A stretch of 64,000 bases of DNA from positions 21,080,001 to 21,144,000 of the forward strand of contig OX597814.1 in NCBI GenBank assembly GCA_951406725.2, given 5' to 3'. This document shows positions 46,901 through 62,225 of this stretch, in pieces (the first letter of the stretch is position 1; every line of letters starts with the position of its first letter). Both the position numbers and the translations under genes were made by a program. Source of the stretch: Octopus vulgaris. Lineage: Eukaryota. Under the pieces are notes generated by a model. That model saw only the letters and a program-made list of their open reading frames with translations, searched no databases and was not told the DNA's origin.

Positions 46901-48440
46901 TTGAGGCTTTTGTAGATGTTTTTATTTCAACAATTTGTGTCAGTTTTGAAGTGCATATAGTTGCGTGCTTTCTATAATTGTTATTTTTTTAAATTCTCTA
47001 ACTTCGTGCAGCAAAATCACAACAGAAAGTAACAAAATGGCTCGTGCAGTCTGTTACAGTTATTCAAAAGAGCAACGTAAAGCTGATGGCTGATATATAA
47101 AAATGTTCGCTTAAAGCATTGTGTTGAAGTGGGGAAAATCATGTTGTATTTATAAATAAATAGTTCTAGACGTTCTTTCTCTGAAGATATGGAAGAGTTG
47201 CTCACAAGTGATGGCCTTCGTGAAGATCACAAGAATTTACTGAAGGCTTCTGAAATCAAAGAGACTTACCGCGTACATATTCGATTATGATATTGTAACT
47301 ATTAGTAAACATAGGTCTTTTTCGGTCGGCACATATTTGGATCCACCTTCTTAATTCGGAATTTACACTTTATTCGGTCTGCGGAGAAACAAATGGATTG
47401 ACTATTATAAATAATAAACAATGTCGACTTTGCCTTTCATCGTTTCGGGGTCGATAAATTATGTACCAGTTGCGATGTAATCGACTGGCCCTCTCCCGCA
47501 AAAGTTCTGGCCTTATGTCTAGAGTAGAAAACAATATTACTACTGTAAATACATGAATTTCTCCCAAAGAGTAGAAACGTTTATTTTTCAGAACAATATA
47601 CCGAAATTTGTTGGTGCAACATTGAAGTACTACATGCATTTCACCTTTCAAAAACAACATTCTTTCAGCAAATTCTCGAGTTGAATTAGTAATAGAAAAG
47701 TGAAAGCAACCAAAAATTAAAACCGTATCCAAGAATTCTGATAGCCAATCATACACAGTTGCAAAAAGTGTTTCATTAAATAACATCTTTTTTAAAGTAC
47801 GCATAATGAAGGAGGATTTCTATACCAGTATTGAACATTATAAATGCAACTAAAGCAGATAGAATAGCTTTAGAAATATAATGATATTTATAGTTCCATT
47901 TATACGGAGAAATATGTTTGGCAGTTGTCTAGCAAGAACACGAGAAATTTTGGAATCATTGAAAGACAGAGATTGTAAATAGATCACAGCATGCTACAGA
48001 AATTATTTTGTTTCCATTTCTATTAAATCAGGAACTATAAATGAAGGAAGATAATTTTTTCTTTATTTTGTCACTTGGCATTGTTTCCAAATATGCCTAC
48101 AACGATTTTTACAAGGAAGATTACCATATCTTTTTCGTTCAGATTAAATAGGAATTATTACCCAGAAGCAAGACGTCGAAAAAAATTCAATCCACAGATC
48201 AAGCAATAAGAAAATAAAATTTTCTTTCGAAAACGTAAAAGTTCAGCAATGAGAAATAAAATTTTTGAGAGAACAAAATTTTGTGTAAATGTAAGCGAGT
48301 ACACACATCACACGCACTTGCGTGACCACACGTGCAGACTCATATATACTCGAACGCTAATCTCATGGGTTATTGTCTATAGAGAAAGAGAAAAGTTTAA
48401 TACTTAGTACATAAACACATAAACCCACACGCGTGTATGT

Positions 48441-48488
<48 letters not shown>

Positions 48489-48699
48489 ACATACATACAT
48501 ACATTCATACATATATATATATATTAACGTGAATGTCGAACGACGAGAATGAGTGCTCAACACCGCATTGAAGGATAAAATTTATTTGTGTATATGGCGG
48601 CCATTGATTTCAAATTAAAACAAAATCTTAATATCTCAACAATTTTTCAAGCAGATCACACTGACGAATGGTGTTCATCTCCAAAATAGATTTCATTGC

Positions 48700-49290
48700 C
48701 AAAGCTACATGTCTGGTACTAGAAGAGAACACGTTTAGATTCGATGATAAATAATATCGACAGATAAAGGACACGGTTCAGGAGACGAGGTTTGCACCCT
48801 AATATGCTAATCTAGTCATGAGGTTCCTAGAAAATAAGCTTTACGATGAAATAGAGAAGGCTTTTAATAATTACAAGAAGTACATCAGAATGGAAGCGCT
48901 TAATTTTTTGGGACAGGTCAAATGAAGATCTTCAAATATTTAATAACATCCTCAACATACTTCACTTATCTATCAAATTCATGACAGAAACTAGTTATAA
49001 TGAATTACCATTCTTGGATATTCACATAAAAATACACGACTCCACAGTGACAACCGAGATATTTTACAAAAAAAAAACGGAGGTGTGATACTCTTGCTAT
49101 CCCGCACATATCAAAAGGAACATCCCATAGAGTAAGGCATGACGTATCTGTACGATACTAATTGACTCCCAAAATACATCAAATCCGAATTAATGAGCTC
49201 ACAGGTTTCTTAAAAATAAAGAATTATCCCTTAAAATTTATAAATGATGGAATTATAAAGGCGATGGAGCTGAACATCACACAAGAGGAA
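48700..49290 (+). pseudogene. Penelope-like element reverse transcriptase relic
   Basis: LEENTFRFDD-YRQIK, RFAP-YANLVMRFLE, HLSIKFMTETSYNELPFLDI, TEIFYKK, YPAHIKRNIP...RICTI. Confidence 0.85.
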
Positions 49291-50119
49291 CGACACAAAA
49301 TTCCAATGAGTAAACATATAGAAATATGTGGATAAGGAAAATTCAAAATCTTCCCCTTCTAGAAATGTTGAAGGGATGACCATTTTATAAAAAAACAATT
49401 CTCACCAAAACAATACGTTCGAAAGAAAAGCAACGATAATATGCATGAACACTCTTTCAAATGGAGCAATTTATGGACAACACAGTTTTCTTACACAGCC
49501 GCTGTACCCAGCTAACTTTCATGGAAAATACGACTGGGGAGAAATAATGCGAGTACTTGAATACTCCAGTGTTACCCTCTCCAAACAAATCGTTTTAAAT
49601 CAATCAACATTGGAGCGAATGTATATTTTCATTGAACTTTGAACTCTAGATATATTTGATACTTTATAATTGTGAATATACTTACTTAAGAATCATTTTT
49701 CAATCACAAAGAAACGTTTATATCTACAAACATTTTAATATGTATATGATAAGGGAAGGAGGGGAGGGGGGAGACTTTCAAAATCAATGATTGAATAAAG
49801 AATAACATTTTGAATTGAAATTGAATTTCAAAGAGTTGACCACATCGATACAAATTATAAATTGAAAAGAAGCTTCTTTCTCTGTCTTTCACTTTCATTT
49901 TTCTTCTTTCTCTTTGCTCTTTTCTTTTTCTTCCTACAAGTGACATCTTGAGAGGCCATTTAGCATCAGCATACTTTTTTCTTCTCTCTCCTCCTTTCCT
50001 CCGTTTTTCTCTTTCTCCTCTTCTAAACAAAAAACAACACACACACACACACATATATACATATCTCAATTTTCAATACTAATGTGTATACTTACAAATA
50101 TGTTAATATGTATATAATC

Positions 50120-50452
50120 CTTTTTACTATAGGCACAAATGGTACTTAATTTATCGACCCCGAAAGGGTGAAAGGCAATGTTGACCGCGGCGGAATTTGA
50201 ACTCAACGTAACGGCAGACGAAATACATATTTCTTTATTACCCACAAGGGGCTAAATACAGAGAGGACAAACAAGGAGAGACAAACGGATTAAGCTGATT
50301 ATATCGAGCCCAGTGCGTAACTGGTACTTATTTAATCGACCCCGAAAAGATGAAAGGCATAGTCTACCTCGGCGGAATTTGAACTCAGAACGTAGCGGCA
50401 GACGAAATACCGCGAAGCATTTTGTCCGGTGGGCTGATTATCCTGCCAGCTC
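50120..50452 (-). mobile_element. Family B SINE(s), nested or duplicated
   Basis: Two copies of the ggtacttatttaatcgaccccgaaa...gaatttgaactc core. Confidence 0.8.
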
Positions 50453-51339
50453 AATTTCTTTTATTAAGGCACATGGCCTTTATAAAGAGTTGACACTACA
50501 AGAAAAGACGTTTGCCACAGTAAGTAGGTTGTAGTGTCCACTCCGCTAATATCAAGGCTACAGTGGAGTACTTCTTTTCTTCTGTAGCAATAACCATTTT
50601 AGCCATTTTGAAATGTGGCGCGAATTGGCAATATGACGTAATGTCTTTGCCGAAGAATTATCATTTTCGTTTTTTCCATTGGTTAATATAACTGCTCATA
50701 TAAAGATTCTAGAAGTTTCGAAAAGAATATTGGTCATGGATTTCGATTCTTTTTAAGTCAAGTTGAGCAGTTATAAAAACCCTGGATTTTGGAAAATATT
50801 TCAGTGTTCGTTGGTTGTCACATAACTCCACGGCACTCACTCTTTTGAGACATCGGTAAATTTTCATGCCATGTCTAAGTTAATCACAAATCTATTTTGA
50901 TTTGTTGGTTAATGTATTAGATAGAAAGAAGAAATTAGCTAAGGAATTTATAGTCGTTTTCTTCACGACAAAGTTATCTGTCTTACTGTAAATAATATAA
51001 AATGTTATATTTATATAATAAAAAATAATTAAAAAGAAAATGTTTCTCTTCACGTTTGTTTTTCAACTGAGCATAGATAAATATGCATTTCTGTAATCTT
51101 TGATTTATGTTTCTTATAGCGGTTTAAAGGACACGATTAAAATATTCAACATACATGTCATTAATATAGCGTTCCATGCGTATGTGTCTATATGACGTTA
51201 TTACTGTAGTTAGGGTTTTTAGGTATAATGATAACACTTTAGTATAAGTGACGTTGAATCATTATATTCTCCCTTACTCAGAGAAAAGCCAAATAAAATA
51301 GTTATAAACACCGTCAGACTTCAGTGGGCTGCTCTTCGT

Positions 51340-51960
51340 GCTGTTCTACTTCACTTTCCTGCTGAAGGCACTTTGCTTTCATAAAATATTTTTGCTTACA
51401 TAGAAAACATGTTGGAGGTCTTCCCCCACACCCACTCTTAGCGTAATGTCTTCTGGTAGAAGAATCTCTTCTACAATTCCATGTAAGTCTTTTAACCCAA
51501 CTTGAATTATCATTTCAAGGCCGTAGCCCAACAATTAACTTCCTTTGTTCTGGTTATCTTCAGAATCCTTGCATCTTCCGCCATTTCGTGCATGACTGCT
51601 GTCACCAGCCATACCTCTTCGATCTCGGTGGGGGAACTTTGCTGACTCTCACTCTGGCAATGTTTGCCACAGTACATCGGCAGCACCCACTCTTGTGTCC
51701 TTATTGGCTCAGTGGAGTGGTTAATAGCGTCCTTGTCACTGGAGAACCTAACCCCCACTGTGCCGTATTTTCTTCCACGCGTATAGTAGGTGGTTAATCC
51801 TCTCACTTCACCTAGACATTCCTCTATTGCCTCTACTGGAGCAATCTCTATTTTCTTGGTAGTGGTTGATAACGTCCTGTAGAGGGCCATCTTCCTTGCT
51901 ACATTCTTCGTCACTTCTTTCGGTCAGCTTTAAACTGGCCCCTTCCTTTTGTAACAATTT
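51340..51960 (-). pseudogene. Tx1/L1-like ORF1 (gag-like) relic
   Basis: ORF 51510-51914 with RRM-like character; downstream GRPPTCFLCKQ...KAKC degenerate zinc knuckle. Confidence 0.55.
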
Positions 51961-52699
51961 GTTTCCTTTTTCCCATTATTTTGTCTCTATATTTATCTCG
52001 TGAACTTCAAGGGTGTTGGTCGTAATACCTTGTGTAGTTGCGGATGAATAACTTGCGACACGTTCCATTTCACTCTTCTCACACTTCACCCATAATGAGG
52101 AAGCAACAATTTTCAAAAGCAGGCAGAACGCAGCAATGAAAATTCAACAATTCAACAATTTAAACAATTCAACGAATCTTGGTTCTCCCGCGCGGGAAGA
52201 CCTACCACAAACATAAAATAAAAGTGTGTAACAGTAACAGTGTGTAACAGTGTGTAACAGTGTGTAACAATTGAACTTACGTCAAAGAAACTACTACCAA
52301 TACCCTTCCATAGTGAAGTAGATAGTCCACAGTTCAGTTGGTAAAGACTTCAGTTATCCATCGAGGTTTACAATAACAGGACTCACATGGAGCGTACACA
52401 CTTTCTACTCAAAAGCAGACGTTTCTGCCAGCTCGCCGCCTTGTCAATATGTATATAATGAGGAATAGTATTACCCAAATAAATATTTGGATACGGTTAT
52501 CTGGAATAGCCTTTCGCAGAATTAACATGTTCACACAGAACGTGATCAGTATTCCAGATTGTCTATTCGCACAACCATGATAAGAAATCCAAGTTGAGCA
52601 AGATTTTAAAACGCACAAAGGTGTGACGATTGTTAAAAGAGAAGAATAGTAGTCTTAAAAACGTGTAGTGCTATTTTTCCTAGAAAAGAACTCAAATAG

Positions 52700-53290
52700 A
52701 AGGAATTCTTCCATTGTGAAATTTAGCGTTGCAAATTATGCTTTATTAGACATATTTCAGAAGCTTAAAATGAACATAAAGTTTCTGCAATGGAAGAATG
52801 TAAGCAATTTCACTCTGAAGGTAGATCGAAGCATTTCTTAACAAAACACTTTTATGGAAACAGTACAAAATGACGATCATAATCGAGTATTCGGTGGTAT
52901 AGAAAAGTATTTCCGCAAATAATTTCTGCCAGACATGGACATTTGCAAATTGGATCGCGACCAAAATTACTTCTTTGTTGGAAAGGAACAGATGAAGAAA
53001 ATTACTTTGAAGTTTCAAGAATTTACTAAGCTATTTATTTGAGTGGAATCTAAATTTTTACAAGAAACGAACTTATTTTTTCTATGAATGTGGAATCATA
53101 ATTTCCAATACTAGAGGAATTTTCAATGGTAGCACTTCTTTTCTCTTCCCTGTATCTATGTGAATCTGTATTTTAAGCTTCCACGGTAGAAAGCAAAAAC
53201 AAAATCCTGTATACTTTTAAGAACGTAGAATTCCCTAATGAACATTATTGACAATTTGTCAGCTCTTATGTACATGAGTTATGTATTGTA
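52700..53290 (+). pseudogene. hAT transposase C-terminal (dimerisation) relic
   Basis: FPIL...LLFSSLYLCESVF resembles the hATC F-x-S/T-T-Y-L-C-E-x-x-F-S motif. Confidence 0.45.
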
Positions 53291-53920
53291 CTGAAACAAT
53301 CTTATTTACTCTTAATAAAGTTTTATCTACTTTGTTTTATATATTCTGAGCGTTAGTTTACCATTTATATTTTTGTTTAGAAGAACTGCTTATACGTTGT
53401 GTACTATAGTTTCTTATTTATGATAACGAAAGTGAGTTCCGAAAAAGTTCATGTGGTAAAAAGGACTCACAAAAGAAGATACATTGTCTCACACAATCAA
53501 AATCCACGACACCAAAACGATTCATTTACAACCGGAAAGTAAACAATACAACTCACAATACCTGAATGAATTTACCCACTATCATGAATTGTAAGATTTT
53601 TTCCAGTATTGCAACATCTACAAGCTGGCCAACAGCAAATCAAAGAATATTTTCGGGTCACTGAAGGACTCAGTCCGCGCCTTCTCACCTCATGCGAGGA
53701 GATTTGTAACTAAATCCCGAAGAATAATCCAACATACTACAACTAATTCCGAATAACAAAATCGCAGATTCCTTGCTCATTTTGACTCCATTTCTTAACT
53801 TCTTGTGCACATGCAGCGACAGATATCCCACATACACTAGACACACACACACAAACAAGCATAAGACAGCTCCCAAAACTTTTCTTTCTCACCTTTCTCA
53901 TTGTCTCTTGACAAGACGCA

Positions 53921-54331
53921 AGAGTGGCTGTGTGGTAAGTAGCAACCACATGGCTCCGGGTTCAGTCCCACTGCGTGGCATTTTGGGCAAGTGTCTTCTA
54001 CTATAGCCTCGGGTCGACCAAAGCCTTGTGAGTAGATTTGGCAGACAGAAACTGAAAGAAGCCCGTCGTATATATATATATATATGTATATATGCATGTG
54101 TGTGTGTGTGATGCGCGTCTGTGTTTGTCTCCGCCCCTGCCTCACCAACATTGATTGACAACCGATGCTGATGTGTTTACGTCCCCGTAACTTAGTGGTT
54201 CGGCAAAAGAGACCGATAGAATAAATACTAGGCTTACAAAGAATAAGTCCTGGGGTCGATTTGCTCGACTAAAGTGGTGCTCCAGCATGGCCGCAGTCAA
54301 ATGACTGAAACAAGTAAAGAGAGAGTAAAGA
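53921..54331 (+). mobile_element. tRNA-derived SINE, family A
   Basis: Full-length copy with internal microsatellite and gtaaagag tail. Confidence 0.88.
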
Positions 54332-57300
54332 GTATTATCCCATTAAATAACCTATTTCAAATTAGTTTCTCTCCTTGACAAACTCTTCAAATTTTTTTTC
54401 CTAAAGGAATTTTCCCAGTACTAAGAATACACTCAACCGTGTCATTTGTTTTCACACTGAAAACGCTTCTAACCTCCTCAGCGTGAGGGAACCTTGCAGA
54501 TAACCACATTTTTCATGTCAGAATTTCTTTTTTCCTTTCTCATTGTGCTCCTTTATAATTACGGCTGAGCCAGATCTGTCAACAACTTCCTTTCACCAAG
54601 GTACACAATCAGTGGTCTCTTGTTCCTTTTTACTTAAGTCAAGTTAATGTTATTTAACTTCATAGCAAAGCAAGGACTACAATTCTATGTTTCCCATTTT
54701 GTGCCTCCATTTAACTTACTTCTCACGGTGACAAATGTATTACAAGACCACTCTACTGTAGACTTTCTTTGACTAATTCTAGTGGTGGTAACATTCAATG
54801 ATCTTAGATAATTTCCCCATCATATTCTGCCTTATCTTCATTGAAGTTCCACGATAAAAGTATCTAAGGACTAGGGAGAAGATATTCAACCTAATTGGTG
54901 TTGCTTCCCCATATCACTAGCACCATATAGATAACATTTGAGCTCACTCTATTCTGGGCTAAGTTGAGTTAATTAGCTGTCTTTTTATAATTGTAAAAGT
55001 CATGTTTCGTCAGAGCCATGGTGTTTGAAAACTAAAAAGGAAATAGAATCTTAATTCAATTGCTGAGACAATTATAAATCATAAAAAAGTTACGTTTATG
55101 TTTCTAAATGATAACTTGAACGAATTAGTCGAAGGTCACTATTTCCACTGTCAAAATATCGAGAGAAGCTCTTGCAACAAAACCATGCCATAGCATCGAA
55201 AGTCAAAATCAAGACAGATACAACCGTTAGTAAAAAAAAAAAAGCAAGCGTACTTTGGGTTCCGAAATAATTACAGACCTTCTGTGTAGATCTATGAAAG
55301 ACATGCACTCAGCGAGGGAATGATAAGACGTTAACTATACAGGATCATTATTTAAGAAGAGTGTTCGATTCAGGTGATATTCTCACATATTATTAGTTTT
55401 CATATCGATTAATTGTATGTTTGCTTAAAAAGACGCTGTACACACCTTTAGAACTTTAAAAGTAATAGTAAATCTGATTAAAAATATGCATATCTGCAGT
55501 TTAAGTTTACGTATGCTTTATGATATCGTCGTAATAATCAATTGCTGTAGCAGAAAAGGAAGAATAAGATGTTAGAAAATTATTTAAAAAGAAAAAAAAA
55601 ACGGCAAAGAAACTATTAACTGCACTTTGTTTTGTATTTAACGTCGACATAAAATTGCTAATAGTTTAAAGGGTGTCATATGCACTATACTATATAAATG
55701 TTCCTATATGTCTGTACGTTAAAGAGAAATAAATTAAAATATAAATAAATAAGCAAAAACAAATTGCTCTCGGAAATTACGATAGGCCCTCAGGAGTAAA
55801 AGGTAGAGTTCACATAAAACCAGCAGTAGAGTGTTAGCTCACAAGTTGAGCACAATTATCCATAAAGGTTACACCTTAGCTGATATCAGTGGCTTGCTGC
55901 TGCACGTCTGACAGAAGATACAAAAAAGAAAACACAACACAATACATAGGAGAAAAAGTTTACATATACATATATATGTCGTGTCAAATGTCTGTTTGCA
56001 CCAAAAATACTGAGAGGAAAAGTTAATCGTTCTTGTCCTGTGTAGCTTCAAAGGACATCGTATTATCCAGTAGGAATTACACTATGGTTCTTCGGTTTGG
56101 ACAAATTCTACGCTTCATCGGATTGAAACGATTGATTATCACACTATTGCTTATTATGTCTTTATATGGCCTAAGTATTGCCGGTAAGATTTGGTTTCCA
56201 CATTATAAATCCAACATTATATGGATCATACTTACAGCTATTTTGTTCTTTGATCTTTGATCTTGTTTATAAAATTATTTTCTCTATGTTTATTTTAAAC
56301 AGTGACATTGATTAAGCCTAATGTTGCTTGACTAATCATGCGATTCAATTCTGATATTTCATGAAATAAAATATAATAATTTTAAATATTTTTTCAAGAA
56401 TAACGATTTAATTTTAACATATTAGATGAGTAACACAAAACAGGAATACCTTATCATCAAATTTTCTTCGTAGCAGGAAAAGAAAACTTAGCTTAAAATG
56501 TTGTGTGAGTAGAGAATTTTTCATATACTTTGTAAAACTCCATTCCAAAATTACTACTGACCAAGCTAAGTATTTAATATTGTTGCATTCAATATTATCT
56601 GAGATTATAAAATTGTATATTCCGAATATTATATCAACTCTAAAGTAGACTATGTTTGCAAATAAATTTATTTTGTTAGAATACATAATGCAAAAACATT
56701 GAATTGATGAGCTACAAATATTCTTACACTAATATAAGTAATATTTTTGTTTTGAAAATATCTTTATAATACATGTTTACAGACGTTATCAAATTTGAGA
56801 ATGTTTCTATGCTTTAAATTAACCTTAGCAGTATGTAACAGTAATTAACATTAGTTAACATAAGCAATACAACACACTAACCTTATGCGACTGTCTTATA
56901 TAGCTTTTTTGCTGTCTATTCTTTTTCTTATTTCATTTATCCTGCTTCACAGTAACTTGACGTTATATTAAATGCACACCTTGCTTTGCATCTGTTTTAT
57001 AATATCTGACCAATTCAATACATTTGAAAACTATACGTATCGATTATTGATAATGTATCCTCTGGTTTTGGCTGAATTGCCCCCTATTATCTACTTGGAA
57101 TTTATCGCTTGTAAGAAATTTTCTGAACAATAAAAATTGGTAGATTTGCTCTATATCTGATAATAGAGGATAATTAAGGACCAAAGAACTGGGATATGTA
57201 GAAAGAACTATAAATTGAAGCAATTGCTTTACAGCAGAGTTAATGATACAATTTTTTAAATGATACATTAGCAATATAGACACACGCCCATGCACCAGAC

Positions 57301-57628
57301 TAATATAAACAGGTTTATATGCATACACGCACAAATGCGTTCATGTGTATGTGTGTGTCTGAGAGAGATAGGGAGTGTTTATCTGTGTGTATGTAGGCGC
57401 ATTCTGGTTGGGTAGTTAAATTCGTTTCGCAGCCACGAGGTCCTGCGATCGATCCTACTATGTGGATTCTTGGGTAAATGTAGTTTTCTATAGCTTCGTG
57501 TCGACTTCTAAATTGTGGTTAGACGGAAACTGTTTAGATCATCGTCATACAGACTGTATCTGTAACTCAAAATGTACAACCTTGTCACACATTCCGTCAT
57601 GGTGATTCTGCCTTAGAATTATGTAAAA

Positions 57629-58113
57629 GGCGGCAAGCTGGCAGAAACGTTAGCACGCCGGGCGAAATGCTTAGCGGTATTTCGTCTACCGTTACGTTCT
57701 GAGTTCAAATTCCGCCGAGGTCGACTTTGCCTTTCATCCTGTCGGAGTCGACAAATTAAGTACCAGTACGCACTGGGGTCGATATAATCGACTTAAACCC
57801 GTTTCTGTCCTTGTTTGTCCTCTCTGTGTTTAGCCCCTTGTGGGTAGTAAAGAAATAGATTCTGCTTTAGAATTATGTAAAAGGCGGCGAGCTGGCAGAG
57901 ACGTTAGCATGCCGGGCGAAATGCTTTGTGGTATTTCGTCCGCCGCTGCGTTCTGAGTTCAAATTCCGCCGAGGTTGACTTTTCTTTTCATCCTTTCGGG
58001 GTCGATAAATTAAGTATCAGTTACGCACTAGGGTCGTTGTAATCGACTTAATCCGTTTGTCTGTCCTTGTTTGTCCCCTCTATGTTTAGCCCCTTGTGGG
58101 CAATAAATAAATA
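57629..58113 (+). mobile_element. Head-to-tail dimer of family B SINEs nested in an older SINE
   Basis: Copies at 57629-57858 and 57883-58113, each preceded by attctgc(c/t)ttagaattatgtaaaa. Confidence 0.9.
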
Positions 58114-59689
58114 AGAATTATGCTAATGGTGTACCTTTCTTTTAAATGTTCTGCCATTTACACATTAATTCAGGATCAGGTAATTCAGTTGATTGAACAT
58201 CTAATTCATCATCGTCGAATGACGGAAACCCACCGTGACCACATGTGCGCGCGCGCGCGCGCGTGTGTGTGTGTATTTGTGTGCGGGGGAGCAAATGTTA
58301 TCTTTCCAATTTCGTTTTCTTTTCCTGTCTAGTTTCCACTCCTAGACTTCTTGAGTGTTCCTTGTTTTGTTGTACTTGATTGTTTGTTTCAGTCTTTACT
58401 TTTATTTGTGTTTGTTTTGACCCAACCTCTCTTCAAAGTTAACCCTTCCCTTTTTGTTATGTAACCATTTTCATGTCTCACGAACGTACTACATTTTTAG
58501 TTTATTCAAATTTTCTTCCAAATTTAAAACCAAAACCAGAAACCTAATGATAAATTTTTGCGATTCTCAAAGAGAAGAGAGAATTTCAGAAAATTAAGAA
58601 TAAATTTTGTAGTTAATTTTCGTATGTTAAAGAAACTGACCAGAATTTTCAATAAAATATTTTAAATACCTTATACTCAAATAACGAAGATCAATTTACG
58701 AAGCCATTAACTTTGAAATAGAACTATAAATGCTTGATATCACGTTCTCATAATTACTGTCACGTCTTTAGTTATTCATTTTCTTTGGCATTCATGAAAC
58801 ATTCACAATTGTAAATTTATCAAAATCAAAGTTCAAAGTTTCGCTCTGAAAAAAAAAAAACATTTAATGAATACAAGTAATATATCATCAAAAATGTATG
58901 TAAACACATTTTCACATATTTTGCTAATACTGTTCTAAGTTCAAGAAATCTCGCCATCAATGAGGTGGGGGTGGGTTTTATGTTGAATCCTTCTAGAGTC
59001 GATAAAGCAGGTACTAGATAAAGTAATTATCGACTTTTTCAACCCTTTAGCGAAAAGAGAGTTTCGTGTGTGTGTGTGTGACAAAACTGCTATATTTCTT
59101 AGAACTCGTTATGTATTCAAACTGCTTGTCCCTAGGGGACACTTTAAAAATTACTCCCAAACCTATTTCCGTTTGTCACCATCTGGTGTCCAGGTCTTTT
59201 CAGTCTTAGCGTTCCAAGTGGTCGACAAGCAAAATGTATGGTCCTCCAAACGAAACATATAGCATTAGGATGTTTGCTACGCAGAAGAATTTCTTCATTT
59301 ATGAATCTGTCTCACCATATTACGTTGGGAATTTTCCGTCGGCATCGTTCGTGGAACGGGTCAAGCTTCTTTGTAATCTTTGCTAGCATTTTCCACGTTT
59401 TGCTATTATACAAAACTGTTTGCTTCTATAAAATACCACACCTTTTCAAATTACAACGTTTGTCTGGCTATAGAGTTTGAGGTAAGATAATAGTTCGTAA
59501 CAGAGGTATAAGACATCGTTCCCTAGCTCATGACTATTACTTTATTTTATTCACCCCGAGATATGAAGGGCAAAGTTAACCCTTAGCAGTATTTTAATTC
59601 AGAACGTAAAGCACTCTAAGACAATTTGTCCGAAGCATTTTTTATTTTGTCAATAACAAAAGAAAATTCATAACACAAATTAAAGACAA

Positions 59690-59815
59690 ATATGGTACTT
59701 ATTTCCTTGACCCCTAAAAGGCAGAAAGATAAAGTCGACCTCGGTGGAATTTGGACTCAGAGCATAAAGATGGACGGAAGGCATTTTCCCCGGCGTGCTA
59801 ACGATTCTGCCAGTT
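59690..59815 (-). mobile_element. Family B SINE fragment
   Basis: ggtacttatttcc...aaagtcgacctcggtggaattt...gcgtgctaacgattctgccag. Confidence 0.7.
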
Positions 59816-62014
59816 CATCATCTTGAATTTCTTTTTTTCTGCCCACGCATATTTTTAACTTTGGAATTCACTTCAGTATTCTTTCTCTCTCCGTCATTCT
59901 AGTCTTATCAATATAAATGTCTAGACTACAATGTTTTTACTAAATTAGTAATTAGTAGCAAAAGATCAGGAAATGTCTAAGCAGTTATTTTCACACATTG
60001 CCTCGAAATCTGAAAAATATAAGCGCGGTCACCGTTTGATAATTATTCCAATAACTTCAAAGAAATTTGGCAGTTGAAAAAGCTTGTAGCAGATAATGTT
60101 GTGAACGACTTGGACAACTTGAACGGAAATGTGGGTAAAACAGGAATGAAAGTGATATGGTCTGTAGCATTGGCAATATTTCAGTAAATACAGCAAATAT
60201 GGACAACAACACATATTTGCATTGCAGTAGGAGATCCAATTTTTAGTGCAACAATTCTGCCAGTAGTTCTGTATGACGGGGAAAAGTGGAAAATTGGTCA
60301 AGAACCTCGACACATTTCATGAACTATACCTGCAAAAGATCCGAAAATTATCTGAGGAAACAGAATCACAAATCAAAAGATTCTTCTGTGAATTAAACCC
60401 CATCTGCTGCAAACCAACAAGATGCTGTAGCTGGTTCGTCTAGCTAGTGGATTATATTTTCTGCCTACTTATCTCTCGTCATGCAAAAACTGTAATGAAC
60501 TGAGTACATTCAGAAAGAAAACAGAAAATGGGCAGCCCAAAAGCAATTGAGGCCGAAAACTCCAGAAAAATCTCAAACGCATAAGAACCAATTGGACAGG
60601 TAGATTGACCACGCTGGTTGATTGCTACTTTATGTGTCTCACAGTAAATGTTGACTTTAGGCAAAGACTCTTAAAGATATTAAGAAATAATGATAATTTG
60701 TCATTGATGATGCAACATATATTATACGTAAATTAGCGGGGTTTACCAGTGGGGTTTACTGACCTCTGCAAAGTTATGCAATAACTCGGTGTGCTGAGTC
60801 TTTGCCCTCAGAAAGAAAGATAATTCTAATTTTCATAAAAAAATACATTTTAAAATAATTAGTAAATTCTGTTACGTTAATTTCTACGCATTTTTAAAGA
60901 TAAAATGCCCATGACAAATTGCAAAAAGCTTTAGCCAACAAAAAGAGAGGGGGAGAGAGAAAGAGACAGAGAGAGAAAGAGAGAGAGTATGTATGTGTGT
61001 GTACTTATGTGTATGTGTTGCTGTGTGTGTGTGTGCTTATGTGTGTATGTTGTTCCGTGTATGTGTGTGTGTGTGTGTGTGTCCCCAATCCGATGGATTA
61101 TTGAACAAGTGGTCGATGATTACATTTTTTAATGGTGCTGTATGTGCCCCTGGTTAATAAAGCTTTCAACAGTAGGCTGCACGTATCTCTTATATATACC
61201 GTAATTTATATAATTTACTGGTGCAAACAACGGTGGTGGTAAAGAATGACAAGTGAATCGCTGACTTGCAATGCCGGTGTCATTCCTGCCACAGGAATAA
61301 AATTACTTGTGATAGAGCAATGTTTTATGCAGATAAATGTGTCTGCAATCAGCTTAAAGCGACAGGAACTAGAATTAAACACTTATCCAATTTCTTGTAA
61401 ATCAGAAAGCAATAAAAGCATAATAAGAATGATTCTAGAGGTCACTTTACAGTATGAACCAGTTGAAGTAATATATTCTACAACAAACGCTAATATATTC
61501 CATAGCCTACATACGTCTCCGGCTGTAGGTTGACCTACTAAAATGCAAGTCGAACTCATCATCTGGGTCAGTTTCAACCGTAGGTTAATACTTCCCTTTC
61601 CTGGTAAAGCACCACAAATCTCTGAAGGTGGATTTTTTTCTCTGTGTGTGTGTGGAGTTGGTGGGAGATTACGATAATTACATGTAATATAGCTCGGTGG
61701 ATGTTTAGGAGCGTTAGATTACGGGGTTTCTCAATGTAAGGCACGTAATTATGATAAAATGTCAAACTCATTCCCCAATAAATGGCATACAGTGGATTAA
61801 TTTGAAATGAATTCTACAATGATCAGTGATTTACAAATAACTGGAAATACAAAATACATTTGTCGTAATGTTTTTCTTCAAGACTTTCTATATATTTTGT
61901 TTCTCCACTAGACTTTACCTCCTCATTACTACTACTGCATTTCCGTTCTTATTATTTTGTTTTTGGATTTGGTTTGCAAGATTCTTTATATGAGTTTGTG
62001 TGTTGAAGCATATT

Positions 62015-62200
62015 CTGTTGTGTCTGGGGAGAGTCATTTTCTTTTTGTGCCTTATAATGTAACACACTCACTATTCAAAAGGTTGCAAGACGCAACGAAA
62101 ATTTTAGGAAAATAAAAATAAGAAATATGTGGAAATTTTACCGATGAGTGTGTTACATTATAAGGCACAAAAAGAAAATGACTCTCCCCAGACACAACAG
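62015..62200. repeat. Perfect 56-bp inverted repeat; third partial copy at 62611-62675
   Basis: 62015-62070 is the reverse complement of 62145-62200. Confidence 0.9.
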
Positions 62201-62225
62201 TTCTTATTATTCATTTACTTAAAAA

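Noticed and set aside
61246-61771. Host exons in ORFs here and at 42760-43140, 55869-56051 and 25370-25600
   Set aside because: Several frames or strands are equally plausible, splice sites are weak or inconsistent, and no homology was recognised.
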